DNA of 64,000 bases, from the NCBI GenBank assembly GCA_964012805.1, contig CAXGUD010000008.1:60067-124066 (forward strand). Direction: 5' to 3'. The notes below the pieces were generated by a model, which saw nothing but the letters and a program-made list of their open reading frames with translations, was not told where the DNA came from and did not search any database. The DNA is from an uncultured Bacteriovoracaceae bacterium. Its GTDB lineage: Bacteria > Bdellovibrionota > Bacteriovoracia > Bacteriovoracales > Bacteriovoracaceae. This document shows, piece by piece, positions 55,629 through 64,000 of the stretch. Numbering within the stretch: the stretch's first letter is position 1; every line of letters starts with the position of its first letter. A program made the translations under genes and the position numbers.

Positions 55629-56852
55629 ATGACTGAAGATAATAAAAAAGAGCTGAATGAGGGAATTGTAGTTAATATTGATGAGATATGGTTGAAAGGT
55701 AAGAATAAAAATGTGTATTTTAAGGCCCTTATTAAGCATGTACGTGAAACTTTTTGGCATTATCATGGACCAGACTTTAGCTGCAATAAGGAAGGAAATA
55801 GAATATTGGTGACCACTAGAGGTGTCTTCAGTGAAAGAGTTTATGAAGCTCTGAAGCGCGTAGCTGGAATACATTCCTTTTTCTATGCGAAAGTTGTCGG
55901 GGTTGATGACTCTTCAATATACCCCGCTGTTAAAGAGTTGCTCTCTATAAAAGAAAGTCTTCCGAGCACTTTTAAAGTAAAAACTGTTAGATCCTTCAAG
56001 CGATTTCCAAAAGACAGTCAAGAAATCTCAAGAGAGGTTGGAGGGAAAGTTCTTAATGATTTTCCAGGCCTTAAAGCTAAAATGGTTGACCCTGAGTTAT
56101 CGATTCAAATTAATATTACTGAGCAAAATATTTTTGTTTCTGTGGATAAGCACTTTGGAATGGGTGGACAACCTTATGGGACAACAGGGCACTTAGTCAC
56201 ATTACTTTCAGGAGGATTTGATTCTCCAGTAGCTAGTTACTTGATGGCAAAGCGAGGTTGTCATCAGACCTTTGTTTTCTTTTACGCGTATCCATTTGTA
56301 GGTGATGAAGTTAAAGAAAAGATTTTAAATATTGCTTCTGCTCTAGGTAAGTTTCAAAGGGAAACCAACTTATATGTTGTACCTTTTGGTGATGTTCAAA
56401 AGAAAATTTCTCAAACTTGTAGGAATGAGTATAGAACGCTTCTCTTTAGAAAATATATGATGGAGTGTTCAGCTCTTTTGGCAAAAAAAATAAATGGAGC
56501 TGCTTTGTGTACGGGGGACTCTTTAGCTCAGGTATCAAGTCAAACTATGGGGAATATTTCAGTTATTGATTCAACATGTGATATGAGTATTTTCCGTCCT
56601 CTTTTGGGGTTCAATAAATCAGAAACCTTGTCAATTGCTAAAAATATAAATATTTATAGATTATCAGAGGTTCCACATGATGATGCTTGCAGCTTATTCG
56701 CTCCTAAGTTTCCCATTATAAGGCCTGATCCAAAATATTGGAGCGATTTTGATCGTGAAAACAGTTTTAGAGAAGATTTAGAAGAATGTTTGAACAAAGC
56801 CGAGGTATACAAAATTTCTATACTCGGAGAAATAGAGAGTGTGACAGATTAA
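55629..56852 (+). CDS. thiI: tRNA 4-thiouridine synthase ThiI
   Basis: EIWLKGKN, THUMP domain, LLSGGFDSPVA PP-loop, TGDSLAQVSSQT, RPL; no rhodanese domain. Confidence 0.93.
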   Translation: MTEDNKKELNEGIVVNIDEIWLKGKNKNVYFKALIKHVRETFWHYHGPDFSCNKEGNRILVTTRGVFSERVYEALKRVAGIHSFFYAKVVGVDDSSIYPAVKELLSIKESLPSTFKVKTVRSFKRFPKDSQEISREVGGKVLNDFPGLKAKMVDPELSIQINITEQNIFVSVDKHFGMGGQPYGTTGHLVTLLSGGFDSPVASYLMAKRGCHQTFVFFYAYPFVGDEVKEKILNIASALGKFQRETNLYVVPFGDVQKKISQTCRNEYRTLLFRKYMMECSALLAKKINGAALCTGDSLAQVSSQTMGNISVIDSTCDMSIFRPLLGFNKSETLSIAKNINIYRLSEVPHDDACSLFAPKFPIIRPDPKYWSDFDRENSFREDLEECLNKAEVYKISILGEIESVTD

Positions 56853-56940
56853 CTCTTTTATCGAGGAAAAATTGCGCTTTGAGTTGTTGGCTAAATTCTG
56901 TAAAATAGACAGTAGGTCTTACTTTTTATAGGGAGTATTA

Positions 56941-59145
56941 ATGAGAATAGTGATCTTTGTTATCTTAGTTTTATCTCTTCAAATAAGTGAATCTACCGCT
57001 CTCTTAAAAGAAAGAAAGTCTCTTTTAGTTGGTAATGTTTTAAAAAACTATCTTGAAACCCAACATTACCGACCACAGAATGTAAATGATGAATTATCAA
57101 ATAAGGCTTTTAAAGAGTTTATTAAAAAAGTCGATGGATCGAAACAATTTTTTTATCTTGGAGATGTTAATAAACTAAGAAAATATAAGTCGCTTATGGA
57201 TGACCAAATGGTTAATGGAAACCATTATTTGGTTATTGAAGCAAGAAATATCATGATGTCCCGTGTGAAAGAGGCGCAAGACTTCAGAAAGGTTATGTTC
57301 GAAAAAAGGTTTAACTTTGATTTAAAAGAGGCATTAGAGCTTGATCCGGATAAAAAAGAATTTGTCGCATCAGAAAAAGAATTTCAAGAACATTGGAGAA
57401 AAATTTTCAAGCAATCTGTATTAAATCGGTATTTATCATTACTCGAAGAAAAGAAAAGCTTGGAAGAAGATAAAAAAAGTAGGGAAGAAAATAAGAAGGA
57501 AAAAAAGTTAAGTGAAAATAAAAAAGCCCAGCTAAAAATAGATGAAAAAATTCTTAAGATGAGTGACACAGATCTTAGAAATAAAGCAAAAAAGTCAATT
57601 TCAAAAAAGTATAAAAATTTATTTTCGAGAATTTTAAAGGAAAGTCACGATGACTACCTAGAGAAGTTTTTTAATTCTATTTCCAATATTTTTGACCCTC
57701 ACACTTCATATTTACCTCCAAAGAAAAAAGAGGATTTCGATATTGATATTTCTGGAAGCCTAGAGGGGATTGGTGCAGTTCTTCAAGAAGATGGATCCTT
57801 TATTAAAGTTGTGAAAATCGTTCCAGGAGGTGCAGCCTGGAGGCAAAAAGATCTGGAAGTAGACGATGTTATTTTAATGGTTGCTCAAGAGACGGGAGAT
57901 CCCGTCGACCTTGTTGACATGAGAGTAGAAGATGCTGTGAGGTATATAAGAGGACCTAAGGGCTCTGTAGTTAAGTTAACTGTTAGAAAGGTTGATGGAA
58001 CAAGAAAGCTTATTAAAATCGAAAGAGATGTTGTTCAAATTGGTGCCTCATATGCCAAGTCTTCTGTACTAAGTTTTAAAGATAAGAAGGCCCGTATTGG
58101 TTACATACAATTACCTAAATTCTATCGTGACTTTGATGGAAAGGGTAGAAATGCGAGCTCAGATGTTAGAAGAGAGCTCATAAGGCTAAAGTCTTCAAAT
58201 GTTGATGCTGTTATTTTAGACCTTCGAAATAATGGTGGAGGGGCTTTGGTTGATGCAAAGAAAATGGCCGGTTTGTTTATAAAAAATGGTCCTGTAGTTC
58301 AAGTTAGGGATAGGCCTGGTAAAATAGAAGTTATGTCGGATGATGACCCCGATATAATATATGGAGGACCTCTTTTTGTTATGATCAATCGTTTTAGTGC
58401 TTCAGCTTCTGAGATTTTAGCGGGAGCAATGCAAGACTATAAAAGGGCCATAATCATCGGTGGAGAGCATTCTCATGGTAAGGGAACTGTTCAAGCTGTT
58501 TATAATTTGAATAATGGACCTTTTCTAAGCCTCTTTGGAGAAACTTTTGGTGCTTTGAAGGTGACCATACAAAAATTTTACAGGATTACTGGAACCTCTA
58601 CTCAGTTTAAAGGAATTAAATCAGATATCGTAATACCGGACCCTTTTGACTATGGAAAAAATAGAGAACAAGATCTGGAACACTCTTTACCATGGGATGA
58701 AATATCTCCTCAGAAATATAATATTTGGAGTGCTTTTAATTATAAGTATGATTTGTTAAAGAAAAAAAGTGGTGAGAGAGTTTTAAAAAATGACAGGTTT
58801 AAAAAGATTATTGAGAGTATCAACTACCTTAAAGAGAGAAGGGAAGATACAAAGATTTCATTAAATTTAAAAGAGACAATGAGGCAAGAAAAAGAAAATG
58901 AAGAGATAACAAAAAAACTGAAAATTACATCAGAAAATGACGAGATTATAGTTTCTAACTTTGAGCAATCGCTCAAAGATTCCGAAATGATAAAAGCATC
59001 TGACAAGGAAAAGTGGGATGAAGACTTTAAACAAAGAAAGGATGAGTGGATCAAAAGATTAAGGTTAGATCCAGGGATTGAAGAAACTATGAATATAGTG
59101 TTGGATCACTTATCTGAAAACAAGATGGCTTCGGTGGGAAAATAA
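56941..59145 (+). CDS. prc: tail-specific protease Prc/Tsp
   Basis: FDPHTSY, SLEGIGAVL, IRGPKGS, DLRNNGGGAL, SASASEILAGAMQDY, GKGTVQ, QKFYRITG, LPWDEI. Confidence 0.93.
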   Translation: MRIVIFVILVLSLQISESTALLKERKSLLVGNVLKNYLETQHYRPQNVNDELSNKAFKEFIKKVDGSKQFFYLGDVNKLRKYKSLMDDQMVNGNHYLVIEARNIMMSRVKEAQDFRKVMFEKRFNFDLKEALELDPDKKEFVASEKEFQEHWRKIFKQSVLNRYLSLLEEKKSLEEDKKSREENKKEKKLSENKKAQLKIDEKILKMSDTDLRNKAKKSISKKYKNLFSRILKESHDDYLEKFFNSISNIFDPHTSYLPPKKKEDFDIDISGSLEGIGAVLQEDGSFIKVVKIVPGGAAWRQKDLEVDDVILMVAQETGDPVDLVDMRVEDAVRYIRGPKGSVVKLTVRKVDGTRKLIKIERDVVQIGASYAKSSVLSFKDKKARIGYIQLPKFYRDFDGKGRNASSDVRRELIRLKSSNVDAVILDLRNNGGGALVDAKKMAGLFIKNGPVVQVRDRPGKIEVMSDDDPDIIYGGPLFVMINRFSASASEILAGAMQDYKRAIIIGGEHSHGKGTVQAVYNLNNGPFLSLFGETFGALKVTIQKFYRITGTSTQFKGIKSDIVIPDPFDYGKNREQDLEHSLPWDEISPQKYNIWSAFNYKYDLLKKKSGERVLKNDRFKKIIESINYLKERREDTKISLNLKETMRQEKENEEITKKLKITSENDEIIVSNFEQSLKDSEMIKASDKEKWDEDFKQRKDEWIKRLRLDPGIEETMNIVLDHLSENKMASVGK

Positions 59146-59375
59146 TGGTTAAAATTGAGAATGTTGAACTTGATAGGATAATGGAAAAACTTGAATTAAT
59201 TGAGGATGAAAAACTCGCAGTGACTCTTTTAAAAGAGTTTAACGATAAAACAAAAGCTCTAGGACAACTCATTACTAATAGGGACCCGAGCCTTTCTCAC
59301 TCTGACTGGGAAAAGCTATGTTCGGATGCTAAAAAGGATGTCGATAACATAGTTAAAAAAATTGAAGACATTTAG
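59145..59375 (+). CDS. small helical hypothetical protein
   Basis: 76 aa; start overlaps the prc stop (TAATG). Confidence 0.75.
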   Translation: MVKIENVELDRIMEKLELIEDEKLAVTLLKEFNDKTKALGQLITNRDPSLSHSDWEKLCSDAKKDVDNIVKKIEDI

Positions 59376-59481
59376 TTTATTTTAAATGGTTGAACTTTGA
59401 TTTTTGGATATGTATGTATTTGTTGACTCTTTTGTGTTCTAAATTTGCGGCATTTTGGGCGGTTAAGAAAATGGGTACCCT

Positions 59482-60498
59482 ATGGGCTTTAAAGAAAAAA
59501 TTCTGATAATTAGGTTTTCTAGTTTTGGTGACATTGTTCAGTGCATGTCAGCAGTTTCTTATTTAAGGAAAAGTTACCCTAATAGTGAAATCCACTGGGT
59601 TACAAAGCAAGAGTTTTCATCACTTCTCGAGTTGCACTCCGGAATAAATAAGGTTTGGGCTTTAGAAAAGAAATCGAGTATAGGCGCACTTTTTTGTTTA
59701 GCTAACTTATTGAGAAAAGAAAAGTTTACAATAATCTATGATGCTCATAAAAATTTAAGATCCTTTCTTATATCATGTGTTTTGGATCCATTTTCTCTAT
59801 TGAGTACTTTCTTTCCCAAAAGGTTAAGGTGGTATTCTAGGAGCAAGGATAGACTAAAAAGATTCTTTCTTTTCAAATTAAGAATCAACCTTTTTGATAA
59901 ACCATTTAAAGGAGCTCTTTCTTATCTGAAGCCACTTCGTAAAGATGAAGAAGAAGAATTATTTCTTAGTAAGAATGTTTGGAACTTTTCGAGTGCAGTA
60001 GAAGAAAGGGTGGACAGATTTCTATTTAAAAATGAAACTTTTGTTTGTCTTGCTCCATCTGCTGCTTGGGAGATGAAAAGGTGGCCCATAAATTATTGGA
60101 AAATCTTAATTGAAATCAATCCCAATAAGAAGTTTATTATTTTGGGCGGCCCAAAAGATCATTTTTGCAAAAGTTTTGAGGAGCTATACCCTGATCGGGT
60201 AAAAAACCTTGCGGGTAAGCTTAATCTGGTTGAGAGTTGTTTTGCTATTTCAAGGGGAGAGTCACTTGTCTCAGCTGATACTGGCCTTCTTCATGTTGCA
60301 GATCACTTGGGAAAAAAAGCGATAGCCCTTCTAGGTCCTACCGCATTTGGTGACCCTAGTGGTGAGTGGGTGACATCTATTAAGTCAGATTTGCCCTGCC
60401 AACCTTGCTCTAAAGATGGGAGAGGCAAATGCTCTCAGGATGTGTACCAAAACTGTATGATTAAAATAACTCCTGAATTAGTTAGTTCTTATATATGA
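59482..60498 (+). CDS. glycosyltransferase family 9 (LPS heptosyltransferase-like)
   Basis: ILIIRFSSFGDIV, KRWP, ADTGLLHVA, LLGPT, CQPC. Confidence 0.9.
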   Translation: MGFKEKILIIRFSSFGDIVQCMSAVSYLRKSYPNSEIHWVTKQEFSSLLELHSGINKVWALEKKSSIGALFCLANLLRKEKFTIIYDAHKNLRSFLISCVLDPFSLLSTFFPKRLRWYSRSKDRLKRFFLFKLRINLFDKPFKGALSYLKPLRKDEEEELFLSKNVWNFSSAVEERVDRFLFKNETFVCLAPSAAWEMKRWPINYWKILIEINPNKKFIILGGPKDHFCKSFEELYPDRVKNLAGKLNLVESCFAISRGESLVSADTGLLHVADHLGKKAIALLGPTAFGDPSGEWVTSIKSDLPCQPCSKDGRGKCSQDVYQNCMIKITPELVSSYI

Positions 60499-60619
60499 AG
60501 GTATGGGATTTATTTCTCATTGATCTTTTTTTCCTTTAATTTTTTTATCCATTTCTCAATTACATTTTTTTTTATTTAGTCGATAAATATCATAGTATCT
60601 TTTTCCTAATAAAAAAGGA

Positions 60620-61684
60620 TTGGTTTTGAGTTCTATAAATAATCAAAGAAGTATGCTTATGGATGACGACTTTAATGGCTTTTCATTAGTTTGGAAAATC
60701 AATAAAGTTAAACTTGACTTGAAATTCCCTTGGAAAATATCAAGAGGTGAATGTTCTGAAAAGACTAACTTTATTATTGAGTTAGGTGACGAAAGAATTA
60801 AGGGAAAAGGTGAGGTTGCTTTTAATAAAAGATATGATGAAAGTGAGGATAAGATACAAACTGGTTTTGAAAAATTCTTGCAAAATAAGCCCAATGAAAT
60901 TGACTCTGTAAAAAAGTTATATCACTGCCTTGATAATTTAGAAATACCAACCTCTTTAAGGTTTGGAATTGAGTCAGCATTTTATGATTATATATCAAGA
61001 GTTTCAGGTAAAAATGTTTTTGAATTACTGGGTATTAATTCGATTAGATCAATTCCTACGTCTTTCTCTATTCCAATTATGGATGCCGGTCAAATAGCCA
61101 GTTTTATTAAAAAGTACAGATTAAACAGGTTTAAATTTTTAAAATTAAAAATTGACGAAGAGGGATCTGAGGAAAAAATAAAAGAGTTAATGAAACATTT
61201 CGATGGTCAAGTTCGTTTAGATGCTAATGAATCTTTTTATAATCCAGATGAGGTAGTTAGGTTCGTAGAAAGAATCGATGAAATAAAGCGAGTGCAATTT
61301 ATAGAGCAGCCACTACCTTCTAATCTTCATGATGAAGCCCTTTACCTAAAGAGTAGTTTAAATCTTGAGATAATTGCTGATGAGTCGATAAAAGACCAAG
61401 AAATTACAGACTACTATAAAAAGAGGTTTGATGGAATAAACATAAAGTTGATGAAGTCTGGGGGGTATTTAAAAGCAATTAAGCAAATAAATGACTCAAA
61501 AAAGCTAGGCCTTAAAGTGATGGTGGGATGCATGATTGAGACAAGTCTTTCTATTTCTGCAGCAATGGTCATAGCTAAAGGTGCTGATTATATTGATTTA
61601 GATGGATGCCTGTTGATAAAAGATGATCCATTTTCCTTTTTAGGAGAGGAAAATGGTAGGTTAATTAAAGCTGGATTACAATAA
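60620..61684 (+). CDS. L-Ala-D/L-Glu dipeptide epimerase (enolase superfamily)
   Basis: WKISRG, LKLK, RLDANE, FIEQP, IIADES, INIKLMKSGG, MVGCMIET, DLDG; real start probably ATG at 60653 or 60659. Confidence 0.88.
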   Translation: MVLSSINNQRSMLMDDDFNGFSLVWKINKVKLDLKFPWKISRGECSEKTNFIIELGDERIKGKGEVAFNKRYDESEDKIQTGFEKFLQNKPNEIDSVKKLYHCLDNLEIPTSLRFGIESAFYDYISRVSGKNVFELLGINSIRSIPTSFSIPIMDAGQIASFIKKYRLNRFKFLKLKIDEEGSEEKIKELMKHFDGQVRLDANESFYNPDEVVRFVERIDEIKRVQFIEQPLPSNLHDEALYLKSSLNLEIIADESIKDQEITDYYKKRFDGINIKLMKSGGYLKAIKQINDSKKLGLKVMVGCMIETSLSISAAMVIAKGADYIDLDGCLLIKDDPFSFLGEENGRLIKAGLQ

Positions 61685-61762
61685 AATAGAAAATCAAAGT
61701 CTAAAAAATATAAAAAAATAGTATAATATTGAAGAAGTTTATTATTCGATTAGGAATTTAGG

Positions 61763-63226
61763 ATGAACTACTTCAATTATAAGCTTATCATTTTACTTCT
61801 CTTCTTTTCTTCTTGTGGGAATTTACAGTTCAAAACAAAAGTACCAGAAGTCAAAAAAAATAAGGTTACCTTTATTAGACCTGTAAAAATTTTTTATGAT
61901 CATAAAGAGCCGGAAAATAGAAATAATATAGTTGAAATAAAAAATAAAAAAGTAACCTCTTTTGAGAAACCTAAAGATAGCACAATATTGGTAAGTCAAA
62001 AAAAAATCAAGAAAACAAAGTTAAAACTTAATCACTATATTCCACCTAAAAAGAATCTCATTTCAAATAAGAATAGAAAGAAAGAAATGAAATTAAATTT
62101 CCCAAAGAGAATTTATAACCATTGGATGAATTATTACAAAGGGAAGAATAAGAAAAGGTTTACACGGCAACTTATTCGTGGTTCTCGCTACCAATCCCTT
62201 ATAAGAAATATCTTTAATAAACACAATTTACCAGAGGACCTCTTCTATGTAGGCTTGATTGAAAGTGGTTTTCATTTATCTGCTAGAAGTAGCGCTAGTG
62301 CAGTTGGCCCTTGGCAGTTTATGAAAGGTACGGCCAAAATGCATGGTCTTAAAGTGAATAATTATGTGGATGAAAGGAAAAGTATATTTAAAGCAACTGA
62401 GGCTGCAGCGCGATATTTTAAGGATCTATATAATATTTTTGGAAGTTGGGAGTTAGCTTTATGTGCTTATAACGCCGGTGAATTTAGGGTTATCAATGCA
62501 ATCAGAAGGGGAAATTCGAGGAGTTACAAAGTATTAGTTAAAAAGAGATTGCTTCCCAAAGAGACAATTTATTATGTCCCTAAGTTTGCCGCAGCGAGAA
62601 AGATTGGGAGTCTTTTTTATAAAACGAAAAGAGGTCAAAGCCTCATAGCAGAAGGAAGAAAAGATTTGGAGGAGGTTGGGAAAATATACTTTAAAAGGTC
62701 TTTTTCCCTTTTTGACTTTGTTAAGAATACCAAGGTTAGCATAAAGTCGCTGAGAAAGTTTAACCCTGATTTAAAGAGGAATAGGATAAGAGTTGATTCA
62801 AGGAAGCCTTTTGCATTTTACCTCGATAGTCGAGTTTTTGAATCGTCCCTAAGTTATTTTAAACGCTTTACAGTGCCTTCTTTTAAAAGAGTTCCTCGAA
62901 AAGACCTCGTGCGCCGTAAACGAATTTTAGTCAAGGTTGTTTATGAAAAGTATAAAGTTAAGTCAGGTGATAACCTATTGAAAATAGCCAAAAAGTATAG
63001 AGTCCGCTTAAGTAACTTGAAGTCTTGGAATAGGCTAAAGAGAAGTAGAATTTTTAAAGGTCAAGTTCTTAAGGTAAAAAAACTTAAGCAATACACAGTA
63101 AGGGAGGGAGATAACCTCACTATTATTGCAAAAAAGTTGAAAACGTCTGTCAGAAAAATTGTGCGGTATAATTCACTAAAGACGAAAAAAATTTTTCCTC
63201 GCCAGAAGATCCATATTCCGATATAA
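61763..63226 (+). CDS. mltD: MltD-like lytic transglycosylase with two LysM domains (lipoprotein)
   Basis: FSSC lipobox, LIESGF, AVGPWQFM, AYNAGE, ETIYYVPK; two LysM repeats (YKVKSGDNL, YTVREGDNL). Confidence 0.88.
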   Translation: MNYFNYKLIILLLFFSSCGNLQFKTKVPEVKKNKVTFIRPVKIFYDHKEPENRNNIVEIKNKKVTSFEKPKDSTILVSQKKIKKTKLKLNHYIPPKKNLISNKNRKKEMKLNFPKRIYNHWMNYYKGKNKKRFTRQLIRGSRYQSLIRNIFNKHNLPEDLFYVGLIESGFHLSARSSASAVGPWQFMKGTAKMHGLKVNNYVDERKSIFKATEAAARYFKDLYNIFGSWELALCAYNAGEFRVINAIRRGNSRSYKVLVKKRLLPKETIYYVPKFAAARKIGSLFYKTKRGQSLIAEGRKDLEEVGKIYFKRSFSLFDFVKNTKVSIKSLRKFNPDLKRNRIRVDSRKPFAFYLDSRVFESSLSYFKRFTVPSFKRVPRKDLVRRKRILVKVVYEKYKVKSGDNLLKIAKKYRVRLSNLKSWNRLKRSRIFKGQVLKVKKLKQYTVREGDNLTIIAKKLKTSVRKIVRYNSLKTKKIFPRQKIHIPI

Positions 63227-63247
63227 CCCGACAAACAGGGGCGTATT

Positions 63248-64000
63248 ATGAGAATTGGCTTTGATGCAAAGAGGGCCTTTCACAATTTTAGAGGGCTCGG
63301 TAACTATAGTAGAAATTTGATTGATGGCTTAGATCAATCTTTTGATGATTTGAATCTATTCCTCTACTCACCTGTTAGTCATAATAAAAGCTTTATTGAT
63401 TGGGGAAATGCTTTGACACAAGCAAAGCTTATTTACCCTCAAAGCTCTTTGTCTAAACATTGCTCCTCCTTATGGAGAAGCCTCTTTTTATCCAATGTTG
63501 TGAAAAATGATAAATTGGATATTTTCCATGGTTTAAGTCATGAACTGCCTCCTGGTATAAGGCAAAATGCAAAGGGGTGTTTAGTTACAATTCATGATTT
63601 AATTTTTATGAGGTTTCCTGACTTTTTTCCCAAAATAGACCGACTGGTTTATAAGTCAAAATATAAAAGTGCTTGTAGTAGGGCAGATATTATTTTAGCA
63701 ATTTGTGAAAATACCAAAAAAGATATCGTAGAATTTTTGGGTGTTGATGAAAAGAAAATTAGAGTCGCATATCAGAGTTGTCATCCATCTTTTGAAAACT
63801 TAATTCCAAAAGATGAACTTAATACTTTTTTAAATAAATTAAAAATTCCAAAAAACTATTTTTTGCAAATTGGTGCAATTGAAGAAAATAAAAATCTTCT
63901 ATTAACGATTAAGTCTTTTTCCAAGGTACAAAAGGAGTTTCCCGATACATATCTCGTTGTGGTTTCAGGTGGTGGTAATAAATTATATAAGGAAAAAGTT
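63248..64000 (+). CDS. glycosyltransferase family 4 (runs off window end)
   Basis: Not in ORF track. ATG 63248 reads MRIGFDAKRAFHNFRGLGNYSRNL...DIFHGLSHELP...VTIHDLIFMRFP...IGAIEENKNL. Confidence 0.88.
   Translation, partial: MRIGFDAKRAFHNFRGLGNYSRNLIDGLDQSFDDLNLFLYSPVSHNKSFIDWGNALTQAKLIYPQSSLSKHCSSLWRSLFLSNVVKNDKLDIFHGLSHELPPGIRQNAKGCLVTIHDLIFMRFPDFFPKIDRLVYKSKYKSACSRADIILAICENTKKDIVEFLGVDEKKIRVAYQSCHPSFENLIPKDELNTFLNKLKIPKNYFLQIGAIEENKNLLLTIKSFSKVQKEFPDTYLVVVSGGGNKLYKEKV

Noticed and set aside
55401..55874. 157-aa minus-strand ORF
   Set aside because: Antisense to iscS/thiI; no recognisable features.
1..64000. CRISPR arrays, rRNA/tRNA genes, IS elements, long tandem repeats
   Set aside because: None seen by eye; intergenic regions are short and no transposase or integrase ORFs are present. 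Short ncRNAs could have been missed.

Overview
AT-rich (roughly one-third GC by eye), gene-dense bacterial chromosomal window of about 55 CDS. I found no rRNA, tRNA, CRISPR array or mobile element. The gene content (DgcB-like FHA-GGDEF, rpsF/rpsR-DUF2232-rplI-dnaB order, Na+-type stator, many envelope proteases and hydrolases) suggests a predatory Bdellovibrionota, probably a Bacteriovoracia/Halobacteriovorax-like organism; this is inference. Most of the window is core genes: miaA-mutL, rlmN-sppA-lapB, tolQRAB, ftsEX-envC-ctpA-xseA, a nucleoside-salvage cluster, rng, ribosomal proteins, dnaB, motAB, polB, iscS-thiI, prc and mltD. The standout is 53291-54184(-), a protein resembling bacterial gasdermins along its whole core but carrying a lipoprotein signal peptide. 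It has no cognate cytoplasmic protease, is co-oriented with a second unknown lipoprotein, and both genes have RBS-occluding two-hairpin leaders. This makes it a candidate exported pore-forming system rather than a classic anti-phage suicide gasdermin. Other notable points are an in-frame S6-S18 ribosomal protein fusion that retains an S6:S18-type leader RNA, an A10 frameshift in an RluA-family gene, and several apparent pseudoenzymes (bEBP, GH35-like, M48-like, MutL C-terminal domain, GIY-YIG-like). All family calls come from motif recognition by eye; no searches were run.
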